Shown: positions 50,466-60,410, counted from the stretch's first letter. The stretch is 64,000 bases of DNA from Acidobacteriota bacterium (GCA_019244185.1 JAFATB010000023.1:352001-416000); one strand, 5' to 3'. Numbers and translations: made by a program. Notes: generated by a model not told the origin, from the sequence alone.

Positions 50466-52444
50466 GCGTGAAGCAGGACATCGAGCGCCTCCGCAAGGAG
50501 CTCGAACGCCACAACCGCCTCTACTACCTCGACGCGACGCCGGAGATCAGCGACTTCGAGTTCGATCAGCTGCTCCGCCGCCTCGACGAGCTCGAGAAGG
50601 CGCATCCGCAATACGACGATCCGAACTCGCCCACGAAGCGCGTCGGCGGCGCGCCCATCGACAGCTTTCCCACCGTCGTGCACGAGCCGCCGATGCTGTC
50701 GATCGAGAACGCGTACACGCTCGACGAGCTGCGCGAGTGGCACGAGCGCGTGCTCCGCGGCCTCGGACGCGAGACCGTCGAATACGAGGCCGAGCTGAAG
50801 ATCGACGGCGTATCGATCTCGCTGCTCTACGAGAACGGCGCGCTCGCCTGCGGCGCGACGCGCGGCGACGGCGTGCGCGGTGACGACGTCACGCCGAACG
50901 TCCGCACCGTCCGCGCGCTCCCGCTCAAGATCGACCGCAAGGTGAAACGCCTCGAGGTGCGCGGCGAGATCTACATCTCCAAGCGCGACTTCGCGCTGCT
51001 CAATCAAGACCTCGACGAAGAGGAACAGCTCGCGAATCCGCGTAACGCCGCCGCCGGCTCGCTGCGCCAGAAGGATCCCAAGCTCGTCGCCGCGCGGCGC
51101 CTCAGCGCGTACCTCTACCACGTCGTGAGCGTCGACGGCCGCCAGCCGGAATCGCAATGGGACGCCTACGCGCTCCTCGAGCGCCTCGGTGTCCCGACCA
51201 ATCCGCAGCGCGCGCTCTGCGCGACGCTCGACGACGTCGTCGCGTTCATCGAAACGTGGCGCGAACGCCGCCACGAGCTCGACTTCGACATCGACGGCAT
51301 CGTCGTGAAAGTGAACCGCCGCGAAGAGCAGCTCGAGCTCGGCGCGACGTCGAAGGCGCCGCGCTGGATCGTCGCGTTCAAGTACCCGCCCGAGGCGGCG
51401 CAGACGATCGTGCGAGCGATCAATCTGTATGTCGGGCGCACCGGCACCGTGACGCCGGTGGCCGAGTTCGACCCGGTGCGCATCGGCGGCACGAAAGTCG
51501 TCAACGCGTCGCTGCACAACTTCGACGAGCTCGCGCGCAAGGACGTGCGCATCGGCGACTCGATCGTCGTCGAAAAAGGCGGCGACATCATCCCGAAAGT
51601 CGTCGACGTGTTGCTCGACAAACGTCCGGACGGCGCCGAACCGTTCGCGGTGCCGGAGCACTGTCCGGTCTGCGGCGAGCCGCTGCATCGCTTCGAAGGC
51701 GAGGTCGCGATCCGCTGCATCAACCAGGGCTGTCCCGCGATCGTGCTGCAGTCGATCACGCACTTCGCCTCGCGCAAGGCCATGGACATCGAAGGCCTCG
51801 GCTGGCAGACCGTGCAGGCGCTGCTCGACGCGAAGCTCGTCTCCGACTACGCGTCGGTCTACGAGCTCACCGTCGAGCAGGTCGCGGCGCTGGAGCGCAA
51901 AGGCGAGAAGTCGGCGTCGAAGCTCATCGAGAACATCGAGCATTCGAAGACGAATGAGCTGTCGCGCCTCATTTTCGGATTGGGCATCCGCTTCGTCGGC
52001 GAGCGCGCGGCGAAGCTGCTCGCGGAGCATTCCCGCTCGCTCGACGCGCTGATGAACGCGACGGCGGAAGAACTGGTCGGCATTCGCGAGATCGGCCCGA
52101 AAGTCGCGGAGGCGGTGACGTTCCACTTCTCCGTCCCCGCTAATCGCGAGCGCATCGAGCGCATGCAGCGCCTCGGCGTCGCGCCGGTGCACGTCGCGAC
52201 GGCGACCGGCGACCGCCTCGCGGGGAAGAGCGTCGTCGTCACGGGAACGCTCACACGCTTTTCGCGCGACGAGATTCACAAGCTCATCGAACGCGAAGGC
52301 GGCAAGCCGGCGAGCGCCGTGTCGTCGAAGACGAGCTACCTCGTCGCCGGCGAGTCCGCGGGCTCGAAGCTGGAGAAGGCGAGGTCGCTCAACGTGCCGG
52401 TGCTGACCGAAGACGAGTTCCTCGCGCTGATCGGCGAGGGGTGA
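50462..52444 (+). CDS. ligA: NAD-dependent DNA ligase
   Basis: ELKIDG, TRGDG, EVRGE, CPVC...CINQGC and BRCT motifs. Confidence 0.97.
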   Translation: MSVKQDIERLRKELERHNRLYYLDATPEISDFEFDQLLRRLDELEKAHPQYDDPNSPTKRVGGAPIDSFPTVVHEPPMLSIENAYTLDELREWHERVLRGLGRETVEYEAELKIDGVSISLLYENGALACGATRGDGVRGDDVTPNVRTVRALPLKIDRKVKRLEVRGEIYISKRDFALLNQDLDEEEQLANPRNAAAGSLRQKDPKLVAARRLSAYLYHVVSVDGRQPESQWDAYALLERLGVPTNPQRALCATLDDVVAFIETWRERRHELDFDIDGIVVKVNRREEQLELGATSKAPRWIVAFKYPPEAAQTIVRAINLYVGRTGTVTPVAEFDPVRIGGTKVVNASLHNFDELARKDVRIGDSIVVEKGGDIIPKVVDVLLDKRPDGAEPFAVPEHCPVCGEPLHRFEGEVAIRCINQGCPAIVLQSITHFASRKAMDIEGLGWQTVQALLDAKLVSDYASVYELTVEQVAALERKGEKSASKLIENIEHSKTNELSRLIFGLGIRFVGERAAKLLAEHSRSLDALMNATAEELVGIREIGPKVAEAVTFHFSVPANRERIERMQRLGVAPVHVATATGDRLAGKSVVVTGTLTRFSRDEIHKLIEREGGKPASAVSSKTSYLVAGESAGSKLEKARSLNVPVLTEDEFLALIGEG

Positions 52445-53766
52445 TCGAGCGCGAGAACCATCTCGCGATAGGCAGCGAGCGCATGCGCGAACTCGCCGCG
52501 CGCGATCGCGTCGACGCAGAAGCGGATCACGCGATCGATCGATTCGAGGATCGCCTCGCGCCGCGGTGACGCGTCGATCGCGGCGACGATGCGCGGCGCG
52601 ACCGCGTAGTAATGCGCGATGAGCACCTCGCCCTCCGGCAGCGCCCGCACGTACGAGTCGCGGAACGCGCGCAGCGTCGTCAGCTCGTGGCAGTCGTCCG
52701 GCAAGCCGCGCCACGCGACGCACGCGGTGGTGAGGAAGCAGCCGCTCTTGCTGTTGTTGTTACTGCTGCTGCTGCTGCTCGACGATTCGGCCGGCTTCCA
52801 GTGCGTCCGCATTTTCGCGTGCGAGACGGTGAAGAGGTCGCGCGTCGTGACGACGGATTTCGATAGCTTCTCGGCATCGCTGGCGTCGAAGCCGAGGGAC
52901 TCGTAGATGTGCACCGCCGCGAGATTCCGATTCGCTTCGGCTTCGGCGTCGGCATTGTGCTCCAGTTGGGCTTTCGTGAGGTTGGCCATCGCCGATTTCC
53001 GGGTGACGCCGGTGCCGATGTAGATGCCCAGCTTCAGATGTTCCAGCGCGTCGGCGGCGAAGTGATGAAACAGCAGATACCCCGCGCGCGTGCCGCTGGG
53101 CATTCCGTACGCTTCGACGTGCAGCATGTAGGCGTGAGGCAGGTCGTTGTCGAACGAGTACTCCATCCACGCGAGCGGATCCTGGCCGCCTTTCGCGAAG
53201 AGCTCCAGCTTCGTCCCTTTGCTGCTGGCGTTCTTCGTGAGGATGTACTCCGTCCTCGCGGTCTCGCTGTACCACGCCCAGTTGCCCTGGATGACCTGTC
53301 CGTGCCAGAGCGGCGACGGCCCGGATGCGACTTTGCGTTGCGCGACGCGCGTGTTGCGCGCGAACTGACTCGCCAGCCGCTCGGCTTCCTGTTCGAGATG
53401 CTGGTCGTGCACGATGGCGACGCCGCCGCCGTACGGATTCTGCACGCGGCCCGCGCGCTGCTGCACGACGTGCGCAAGCTCCCGCGCGAGCAGCCGCTGG
53501 CCGTGCGGTGTCGATGGGCTGTACGCGCCGGGCGCGAAGTGGATGTGCGAGCCGTGCGTGAACGAGAGCGCGCCGATCGACGCGGCCTCACCGCCGACGT
53601 GCACGCGCACGTCCTGAAAGCTCGCGCCGAAGTGCGCTTCCATCAGCTGCCGAACCGCCGTCGGCAGCATCTCGCCGCCGCCGGGCGGAAGCCGCGTGAC
53701 GTGGGCGGGCAGCGGCTCGCGGCGCACGCCATGTGGAAAGAAGCCCTGGATGACCGCTCCGCGCAT
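52336..53766 (-). CDS. DUF4157 (eCIS core) domain protein with central GNAT-like region and CFI-box-CTERM-like C-terminus
   Basis: FGASFQDVRVH...ALSFTHGSHIHF...ELAHVVQQR; AVHIYESLGF; GCFLTTAC...ELTTLRAFRD...YYAVAPRIV. Confidence 0.75.
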   Translation of the reverse strand: MRGAVIQGFFPHGVRREPLPAHVTRLPPGGGEMLPTAVRQLMEAHFGASFQDVRVHVGGEAASIGALSFTHGSHIHFAPGAYSPSTPHGQRLLARELAHVVQQRAGRVQNPYGGGVAIVHDQHLEQEAERLASQFARNTRVAQRKVASGPSPLWHGQVIQGNWAWYSETARTEYILTKNASSKGTKLELFAKGGQDPLAWMEYSFDNDLPHAYMLHVEAYGMPSGTRAGYLLFHHFAADALEHLKLGIYIGTGVTRKSAMANLTKAQLEHNADAEAEANRNLAAVHIYESLGFDASDAEKLSKSVVTTRDLFTVSHAKMRTHWKPAESSSSSSSSNNNSKSGCFLTTACVAWRGLPDDCHELTTLRAFRDSYVRALPEGEVLIAHYYAVAPRIVAAIDASPRREAILESIDRVIRFCVDAIARGEFAHALAAYREMVLALDHPSPISARNSSSVSTGTLSDLAFSSFEPADSPATR

Positions 53767-53779
53767 GCGGAATGATAGA

Positions 53780-54883
53780 TCAGCGCGAATCGATCATTCC
53801 GGCGATGTGCTCGGCGAACGAGAAGGAACACGTGAACCCCGGAGAGACGGCGTTCAGCACGTGCAGCGAGCGGTCGTCGCGCTCGATCACGAAGTCCATC
53901 TCGAGGGCGTTCCGGCGCGTGTCGTAGAGCTGCGCGCGCACGCCGGGCGTGCCCCAGCGCGTGTAGTCGGCGCGGCGCACGCCGGTGGCGAGGCGCGAGG
54001 CGAGCGTGACCAGATGCGCGCGGCTCATCTTGCGCAGCTCGGCCCACGCGTGCTGGCGCAGCTCGCGGTTCATGACGAGCAGTCGCGCGCCGGTGAGCCA
54101 GGGCGGGCGCGCGGTCGGGCCGATCTTCACGGTGCCGTCGACCTTCACGGTGAGGTGCACGCCGAGGAACGGGAAGCGCGGATCGGGGACGGGGTAGAGG
54201 TGCGTGCGCAGCGCGCCGGCCGGCTCGTTCGAGAGCACGTACGCGCCGCGGAACGGGAGCATGCGGTAGTGACGCGCGAAGCCGAACTGTTGCGCGATCG
54301 CGACGGCGCCGAGGCCGGCGGCGTTGACGACGAAGCCGGCGCCGTGGTGGCCGCTGAAGGGTGTGCCGAGGAGGACGTCGATGCCTTCGTCGCGCGCGTC
54401 GCGGAGGAGCGAGTCCATGACCGTGTGCGGATCGACGGTCGACGTCGTCGGCGACCAGATCGCGCGCTGGAACGCCTTCGCGCGCGGCTCGATGGCGCGC
54501 GCGTCGTCGGCGTCGATCATCGAGAGCTGCACGCCGTTCGCGACGCCGCGGCGATGGAGCTCGTCGAGACGCGGCAGTTCCTCCTCGCACGTCGCGAGCA
54601 CGAGCTTGCCGCACTGGCGGATGGCCAACTTGCGCTCGAGGCAGTACTGCGTCAGCAGCGCGTTGCCGGTGCGCGTGAAGCGTGCCTTCAGCGAGTCGGG
54701 CGAGTAGTAGAAGCCGGCGTGCAGGACGCCGCTGTTGCGGCCGCTCGCGTGCACGGCGACGCGCGGTTCTTTCTCGAGCACGACCACGCGCGCGCCGCGA
54801 TGGCGGCGTTTCAGCGCGCGTGCGACGGAGAGACCGATCACGCCGGCGCCGATGACGAGGAAGTCGGGCCGCGTCAGCGCCAC
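53780..54883 (-). CDS. lhgO: L-2-hydroxyglutarate oxidase family FAD oxidoreductase
   Basis: IGAGVIG, SGRNSGVLHAG, PVPDPRFPFLGVH and NAVSPGFT motifs. Confidence 0.8.
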   Translation of the reverse strand: MALTRPDFLVIGAGVIGLSVARALKRRHRGARVVVLEKEPRVAVHASGRNSGVLHAGFYYSPDSLKARFTRTGNALLTQYCLERKLAIRQCGKLVLATCEEELPRLDELHRRGVANGVQLSMIDADDARAIEPRAKAFQRAIWSPTTSTVDPHTVMDSLLRDARDEGIDVLLGTPFSGHHGAGFVVNAAGLGAVAIAQQFGFARHYRMLPFRGAYVLSNEPAGALRTHLYPVPDPRFPFLGVHLTVKVDGTVKIGPTARPPWLTGARLLVMNRELRQHAWAELRKMSRAHLVTLASRLATGVRRADYTRWGTPGVRAQLYDTRRNALEMDFVIERDDRSLHVLNAVSPGFTCSFSFAEHIAGMIDSR

Positions 54884-55500
54884 GCGTAGATGTCCACGTT
54901 CGCGCGGGCGCGCAGCTGCGTCGTCCACTTCTCGATCTCTTCCTGCAGCCGCGAGCTCTGCACCGCGGCGCGCACTTCCTCCCGCACCTGCGCCAGTGCG
55001 GGGATCGGCAGGCCGCGCTCGCGGCGCTGCGTCGCCCACGGGCCGCGGTAGTACGCGTCGATATCGTCGTTCGAGATGAACACCAGCGGCGCGAAGCGCT
55101 CCTTGATGTATGCCTCGACCTGCAGCTGCCGCTTCACGAGCGCGCGCAGCTCGTCGAGCGTCAGCTCCGCGCGCGCCAGCGCGGCGTTGAACTCCTCGAT
55201 CGACGCGAAGCGGCGCTGGATCTCGACGAGCCGCGCCTCGATGGTGTCGGCGGAGATGTCCTGCGCGCCGAAGCGCTCGACGTCGCGGTAGCGCAGCGCC
55301 TGCGCGATCAGCGCGTCGAGCACGTCGCGGCGGTAGTCGTCGTCGCTCTTCGCCGCGCGCGGAAAGAACCGCAGCTCGACCATCTGCGTGACTTCGCTGA
55401 CGGTGAGCACCTGCTGATCGACGATCGCCGCGATGCGGTCGACCGTCACCGCCGAAACCGGCAGCGCGGCGAGAACGAGGATGGCGAGCGCGCGCAGCAT
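54874..55500 (-). CDS. SurA N-terminal domain-like periplasmic chaperone
   Basis: Signal peptide; VDRIAAIVDQQVLTVSEV; C-terminal LRARANV. Confidence 0.8.
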   Translation of the reverse strand: MLRALAILVLAALPVSAVTVDRIAAIVDQQVLTVSEVTQMVELRFFPRAAKSDDDYRRDVLDALIAQALRYRDVERFGAQDISADTIEARLVEIQRRFASIEEFNAALARAELTLDELRALVKRQLQVEAYIKERFAPLVFISNDDIDAYYRGPWATQRRERGLPIPALAQVREEVRAAVQSSRLQEEIEKWTTQLRARANVDIYAWR

Positions 55501-55572
55501 GCGGGTCCGATTATTCACGAAACGTCCGCGCGGGAGAATCGCCGCGGCGTTCGTGTATGGTGAGCCGCGAGC

Positions 55573-57564
55573 ATGCAACGGAGATCGGACCGCGCGCGCT
55601 GGGACCGCATCGCCCGCGTCGCGCCGTACTATGCCGTCCTCGCGCATCCGCGTTTCCTCGGCGACGTCGACGCCGCCTCGCTGCGCGCGTTCTTCGATTC
55701 CGGCGACGCGTACGTGAGCGACCTGCTGACGCGCGTGGCGACGTCGATCGGCGAGCGCGGACTGCAGACGGTGCTCGAATTCGGCTGCGGCCCCGGGCGG
55801 CTCGCGTGCGCGTTCGCGCGGCGCGGCTTCACCGTGACGGCGGTGGACGTGTCTCCGGCGATGCTCGCGCTGGCGCGGCAGAACGCGGAAGCGCGCAACC
55901 TGCGCGACATCGACTTCCGGCTCGTCGACGACTTCGAGCGCGGCGACGCGCGCTTCGATCTCGTGAACGTGACGCTCGTGCTCCAGCAGATGCCGCCCGA
56001 GCGCGGCCGCGACGTGCTGCGCGAGCTCGCGGCGCGTGTCGTGCCGGGCGGCTATCTCCACGCGCAGGTGCCGTTTCGCAGCGACCGCAGACTCGCGTCG
56101 CGCCTCGGCATCGCCGCGCGGCGCCGCGTTCCGGCGATCAATCGCGCGGTCAACCGCCTGCGCCATCGTGGCGGCGAGGTGCCGCTCCTCGCGCCGTACC
56201 TCTACTCGATGGACGACGTGCTGCGCATCCTGCGCGAGGGCGCGCTCGACGTCCGCGCGGTCGAGCTGACGAAGGAGAACGAGCTCGAGGTCGCGACGAT
56301 CGTCGCGCGCCGGCACTATGAGCATGCATTCGCGCACGCCACGCCGGCGGAAGAGCAAACGTCCCGCGATGATGCTCCGGCGGCGGACGCGATCGACGTG
56401 CGCGAACTGATTCGCACGATTCCGATCGAGGAGCTCAATCGCCGTGCCGAGGAGTACTTCGCGACGACGGAATCGTTCGAGGCGCAGCTCGCGAAGCCGT
56501 TCTCGAGTCCCGCGGACGCGCCGCCGATGCTGATGAGCCTCGGCGCGTTGCTGCACGGTCTGCAGCTGTTGCCGGGACACGACGTGCTCGACTTCGGCGC
56601 CGGTACCGGCTGGCTGTCCGGACATCTCACGCGCATGGGCTGCCGGATGATTCTCGCCGACGTTTCGGAGACGGCGCTGCGCGTCGCGCGCGAGCACTTC
56701 GAGCGCATCGGTCTGATGGCGCTGCCGAACGCGCCACGGTTTCTGCATTACGACGGCGCGCGGATCGGGCTGCCTGACGCGAGCGTCGATCGCGTCGTTT
56801 GTTTCGACGCCTTTCATCACGTGCCGAACCCGGACGCCGTGCTGCGCGAGTTCGGGCGGATTCTGCGGCCCGGCGGCATCGCCGGCTTCTGCGAGCCGGG
56901 GCCGAATCATTCGCGCTCGCCGCAGTCGCAGTACGAGATGCGCACGTACGGCGTCATCGAGAACGACGTCGACCTCGACGCGATCTGGAACGACGCGCGC
57001 GCGAGCGGCTTCGCGGACCTCGAGGTCGCGGCGTTCAACGGCGATCCGCCGCGCATGCCGCTCGAGCGGTTCGAGGAAATCTTCCGCGGCGGCGAGGCGC
57101 TCGCGAATGCCGCGCATGCGATGCGGCGCTTCCTCGAAAGCACGCGCGTGTTCTTTCTGCGCGCCGCGGGCGAGGCGTGCGTCGACAGCCGCACCGCCTC
57201 CGCGCTCGCGTGCGACCTTCGCGTGGCGCTGCGCGACGCGCCGCGTGCGGGTGCGCCGATCGCGGTGCGCGCGACGGTCATGAATACGGGGACGGCGACG
57301 TGGCTGCCGTCGGCGACGATTCCCGGCGGCGTGTCCCTCGGCTGTCATCTGTACGCGAACGGCGCGTTGCTGCGGCACGACTACCATCGCATCGCGTTCG
57401 ATCGCGAGCTCGCGCCGGGCGAGAAAGTGATCGTCGACGGCGAGCTGCCCCCGCTCGACGCCGGTGTGTACGAGCTCGAATTCGACTGCGTCGCCGCGGG
57501 CGTCGCGTGGTTCGCGCAGGTCGGCTCAGCGCCGGCGCGCGTGCGGGTCGACGTCCGCGGCTAA
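55573..57564 (+). CDS. Tandem class I SAM-dependent methyltransferase with C-terminal Ig-like domain
   Basis: Two SAM motifs, VLEFGCGPG and VLDFGAGTG; C-terminal NTGTATW...PG..GVYELEFD. Confidence 0.85.
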   Translation: MQRRSDRARWDRIARVAPYYAVLAHPRFLGDVDAASLRAFFDSGDAYVSDLLTRVATSIGERGLQTVLEFGCGPGRLACAFARRGFTVTAVDVSPAMLALARQNAEARNLRDIDFRLVDDFERGDARFDLVNVTLVLQQMPPERGRDVLRELAARVVPGGYLHAQVPFRSDRRLASRLGIAARRRVPAINRAVNRLRHRGGEVPLLAPYLYSMDDVLRILREGALDVRAVELTKENELEVATIVARRHYEHAFAHATPAEEQTSRDDAPAADAIDVRELIRTIPIEELNRRAEEYFATTESFEAQLAKPFSSPADAPPMLMSLGALLHGLQLLPGHDVLDFGAGTGWLSGHLTRMGCRMILADVSETALRVAREHFERIGLMALPNAPRFLHYDGARIGLPDASVDRVVCFDAFHHVPNPDAVLREFGRILRPGGIAGFCEPGPNHSRSPQSQYEMRTYGVIENDVDLDAIWNDARASGFADLEVAAFNGDPPRMPLERFEEIFRGGEALANAAHAMRRFLESTRVFFLRAAGEACVDSRTASALACDLRVALRDAPRAGAPIAVRATVMNTGTATWLPSATIPGGVSLGCHLYANGALLRHDYHRIAFDRELAPGEKVIVDGELPPLDAGVYELEFDCVAAGVAWFAQVGSAPARVRVDVRG

Positions 57565-57594
57565 CCACTCGCGTCGCCGCCAGTCCAAGGGAAC

Positions 57595-58179
57595 ATGCGC
57601 ATCGCGAAGATGGCTCTCGTCCTCACTCTGCTCGCCGGCGTCGCCTCCGCGGCCTCCTCACGGATGGCGTATCTCTACAAGCACAACGGCCACTCCACGA
57701 TCTCGGCGAACGGCATGTCGCTGCACTCCGTCGTACGGAACGCGGAGCGGTGGGACGGCGACTTCATCTGGGCGCACGTCGACGGGCAGTCGTACGTCAT
57801 CCGCGACCGCGGCGTCCTCGACGAGGCCGCGCGTATCTACGACGCCGCGGACGCCGGTGCACCGGCGGTCGAAGACGCGGCGCGCAAGCTGCGCCCGCTG
57901 GAGGAGCGCGTCGACGACCTCGACGAGCAGATCGACGACGTCAGCGATTCGCTCGACGACGAGTCGCTGTCCGACGCCGAGCGCGAGCGCCTGGAGACGA
58001 AACTCCGCGAGCTCGAGCGCCAGCAGCGCGACGCGGAAGCGGAGATGCGGCCGGTCGAACGCGAGAGCGAGCGGCTCGAGCGCGAGCACGATCGCATCGA
58101 AGACGAGGCCGACGCGCAGCTCGAAGCGCTCGTGCGCCGCGCCATCGCGAACGACCGCGCCGAGAAGGTCGCCGACTGA
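57595..58179 (+). CDS. Secreted coiled-coil hypothetical protein
   Basis: Signal peptide; WAHVDGQSYVIRD; long acidic heptad region. Confidence 0.7.
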   Translation: MRIAKMALVLTLLAGVASAASSRMAYLYKHNGHSTISANGMSLHSVVRNAERWDGDFIWAHVDGQSYVIRDRGVLDEAARIYDAADAGAPAVEDAARKLRPLEERVDDLDEQIDDVSDSLDDESLSDAERERLETKLRELERQQRDAEAEMRPVERESERLEREHDRIEDEADAQLEALVRRAIANDRAEKVAD

Positions 58180-58188
58180 GCGCGGCCG

Positions 58189-58824
58189 CTACGGCGTCCG
58201 GCTCGCGCGCGCATCCGCGAGTTCACTCTCCGCGGTAATGCAGAGATCGAGATCGCGCAGCAGGCCGTCGGCGATGTCGTAGATCCAGCCGTGTACGGCG
58301 AGCTTCTGCCCGCGCGCCCACGCGTCGCGCACGATCGTCGTCTGGCTCACGTTCACGACCTGCTCGACCACGTTCAGCTCGCAGAGGCGCCGGTGCCGCG
58401 CGCGTTCGTCGGCGAGCGTCTCGAGCTCCGCGGCGTGCTTCCAGCGCACGTCCTGCACGTGGCGCAGCCAGTTGTCGATGAGCCCCAGCGAGTCGCCGCG
58501 AAGCGCGCCGAGGACGCCGCCGCAGCCGTAGTGGCCGCAGACGATGATGTGCTCGACACGCAGCACCTCGACCGCGAACTGGATCGTCGACAGGCAATTC
58601 AGATCCGTGTGCACGACGACGTTCGCCACGTTGCGGTGCACGAACATCTCGCCCGGCAACAGGCCGACGATCTGGTTCGCCGGCACGCGGCTGTCCGAGC
58701 AGCCGATCCAGAGATAGTCCGGCGCCTGCTGCCGCGCGAGGCGGCTGAAGAACTCCGGGTCCTGCCGCGTCATCTCGGCGGCCCAGCTGCGGTTCTGCGT
58801 GAGGAGGTTCTGAAGACGCGGCAT
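58189..58824 (-). CDS. can: Beta-class carbonic anhydrase
   Basis: WIGCSDSRVP, HRNVAN and CGHYGCGG motifs. Confidence 0.95.
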   Translation of the reverse strand: MPRLQNLLTQNRSWAAEMTRQDPEFFSRLARQQAPDYLWIGCSDSRVPANQIVGLLPGEMFVHRNVANVVVHTDLNCLSTIQFAVEVLRVEHIIVCGHYGCGGVLGALRGDSLGLIDNWLRHVQDVRWKHAAELETLADERARHRRLCELNVVEQVVNVSQTTIVRDAWARGQKLAVHGWIYDIADGLLRDLDLCITAESELADARASRTP

Positions 58825-58850
58825 GCGCGCGCGATTCTAGTGCGCGTGCG

Positions 58851-58880
58851 CCGATCGCGTCACTGCCGATCGCGTCACTG
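58851..58880. repeat. 15-bp tandem duplication
   Basis: CCGATCGCGTCACTG x2. Confidence 0.8.
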
Positions 58881-60269
58881 CGAATGCACCGGCGGCGTGC
58901 CCGCCGTCAGAAACGCGCGCAGGATCTCCATGCGATGCGGGCCGAAGACGTCGCGGATCGCCGGCGAGATCGCGTAGCGCGTGTTCGGTCCCTCTTCGCC
59001 GTCTTCCATGCGCAGCTCGGTGATCTGCTGATGACCTTCCGCCGGATGCGGGAACTGGACCTGTGCGCCGACGCTGCCGCCCATGAAGTGGCATCCCATG
59101 CAGTTCTGCGATTCGGCGCGCGCGAGGAGATCGAACGGCGCGAGCGGACTGTGGAGCTGCTGGAGGATCGCCTTCAGGTCGTTGTTGAACTGGATGCCTT
59201 CGTCGGTCGAGAGGCCGTTGAGATAGAAGCGCGTGGCGAGAAAGCCGCTGCCGTCGCCGTCGGGATCGGCGTCGCCCGCGAGGAACTCCGGAGGGATGCG
59301 CATGAAGTAGAGGTTCACGTCGTTCGTCGCAAGCGTGGGGACGTTCTCCAGGAACGCCGCGCGCAGCCGCCGCGCGCGATCCGACTGATCGTGCGAGTCG
59401 AACAGCGGCGCGAACGGCAGGTTCTCCAGCACGTCCGGCGCGAACCAGAGCCTGCACGCGCCGCGCGTGCAGTCGTCCATCACGCGGAACTGCGTGAAGT
59501 TCACCACGAGCGTCGCGTCGTTGCCCTGCATCGTCCGCACGCCGGCCGGCGCGTGGCGATAGTGATGGGGATGGATCACCGGCTCGTAGCCGGCGATGCC
59601 GTCGAAGAAGAAGCGCTCGACGCGCGCGCGGCGCTCCGCGAGCGAGTCCACGGTCGAGAGATCCGCCCAGAACTGCGCGGCCGCGCGGCAGCCGGTGAGT
59701 CCCATCTCCGGGTGCGGATTCGGCAGCACCGCCTCGAAGATGATGTGCAGCGTCGGCAGCGGCTGCGGCGCGATGCGCGCGAAGACGATGCGGTATTCGC
59801 CGCAATGCGCGCCCGCGGGATCGGCGAGATCGAAGCGGTTCGTGACCGCGATCGGGATGAAGTCCTCGTCGCGAAACGCGGCCGTGGCGAGCAGGCCTTC
59901 CGATGCCGGACAGCGGCGCGGCAATCCGTTCAACGAGGTCCGGCCGCCGGTGTGCTCGTCGTCGCAGTGCGGCATCGACGCGTCGAGTCCCGGCTTCGGA
60001 TTGCCGGTATCGAACCACTGCCGGTACAACGCCTCGGCCGTCATGTCCGGCGCGCTGCTGCGCGCGATCAGCGTCTCCAGCACGCGCTGGAAACGAAAGT
60101 GGACCAGCATCGACTTGTCGGTGATGACGAACGAGCGCTCGAGCGACAGCGGCGCGGGACCGCGCGGCGTCACCGACCGCCGTTTCGCGCCGACGGCGAC
60201 GAAGAGGAGAAGCAGGGCGAGCGCGATGCGGAGCACGCGATGACCGCGTGAGGTCTGTGCGACGTTCAT
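58875..60269 (-). CDS. Secreted hypothetical protein with one CxxCH motif
   Basis: Signal peptide followed by AKRRSV; NRFDLA...CGEYRIVFA; QNCMGCH near the C-terminus. Confidence 0.7.
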   Translation of the reverse strand: MNVAQTSRGHRVLRIALALLLLFVAVGAKRRSVTPRGPAPLSLERSFVITDKSMLVHFRFQRVLETLIARSSAPDMTAEALYRQWFDTGNPKPGLDASMPHCDDEHTGGRTSLNGLPRRCPASEGLLATAAFRDEDFIPIAVTNRFDLADPAGAHCGEYRIVFARIAPQPLPTLHIIFEAVLPNPHPEMGLTGCRAAAQFWADLSTVDSLAERRARVERFFFDGIAGYEPVIHPHHYRHAPAGVRTMQGNDATLVVNFTQFRVMDDCTRGACRLWFAPDVLENLPFAPLFDSHDQSDRARRLRAAFLENVPTLATNDVNLYFMRIPPEFLAGDADPDGDGSGFLATRFYLNGLSTDEGIQFNNDLKAILQQLHSPLAPFDLLARAESQNCMGCHFMGGSVGAQVQFPHPAEGHQQITELRMEDGEEGPNTRYAISPAIRDVFGPHRMEILRAFLTAGTPPVHSQ

Positions 60270-60380
60270 GGCTTGTGAGCGCACGGTAGCACGCGGTCAC
60301 GGCCGAGCCGGCGTGCGTTGCCGGAAGTTGACACGAGTGCATCGCCGCCGACGCGCGAAGCGCCCGCGCACCCGCGGGAG

Positions 60381-60410
60381 TTGACATCGCCCAACGCGTG
60401 TTCCTACAGT
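60381..60410 (+). promoter_or_regulatory. Sigma-70 promoter of hrcA operon
   Basis: TTGACA-N18-TACAGT. Confidence 0.75.
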
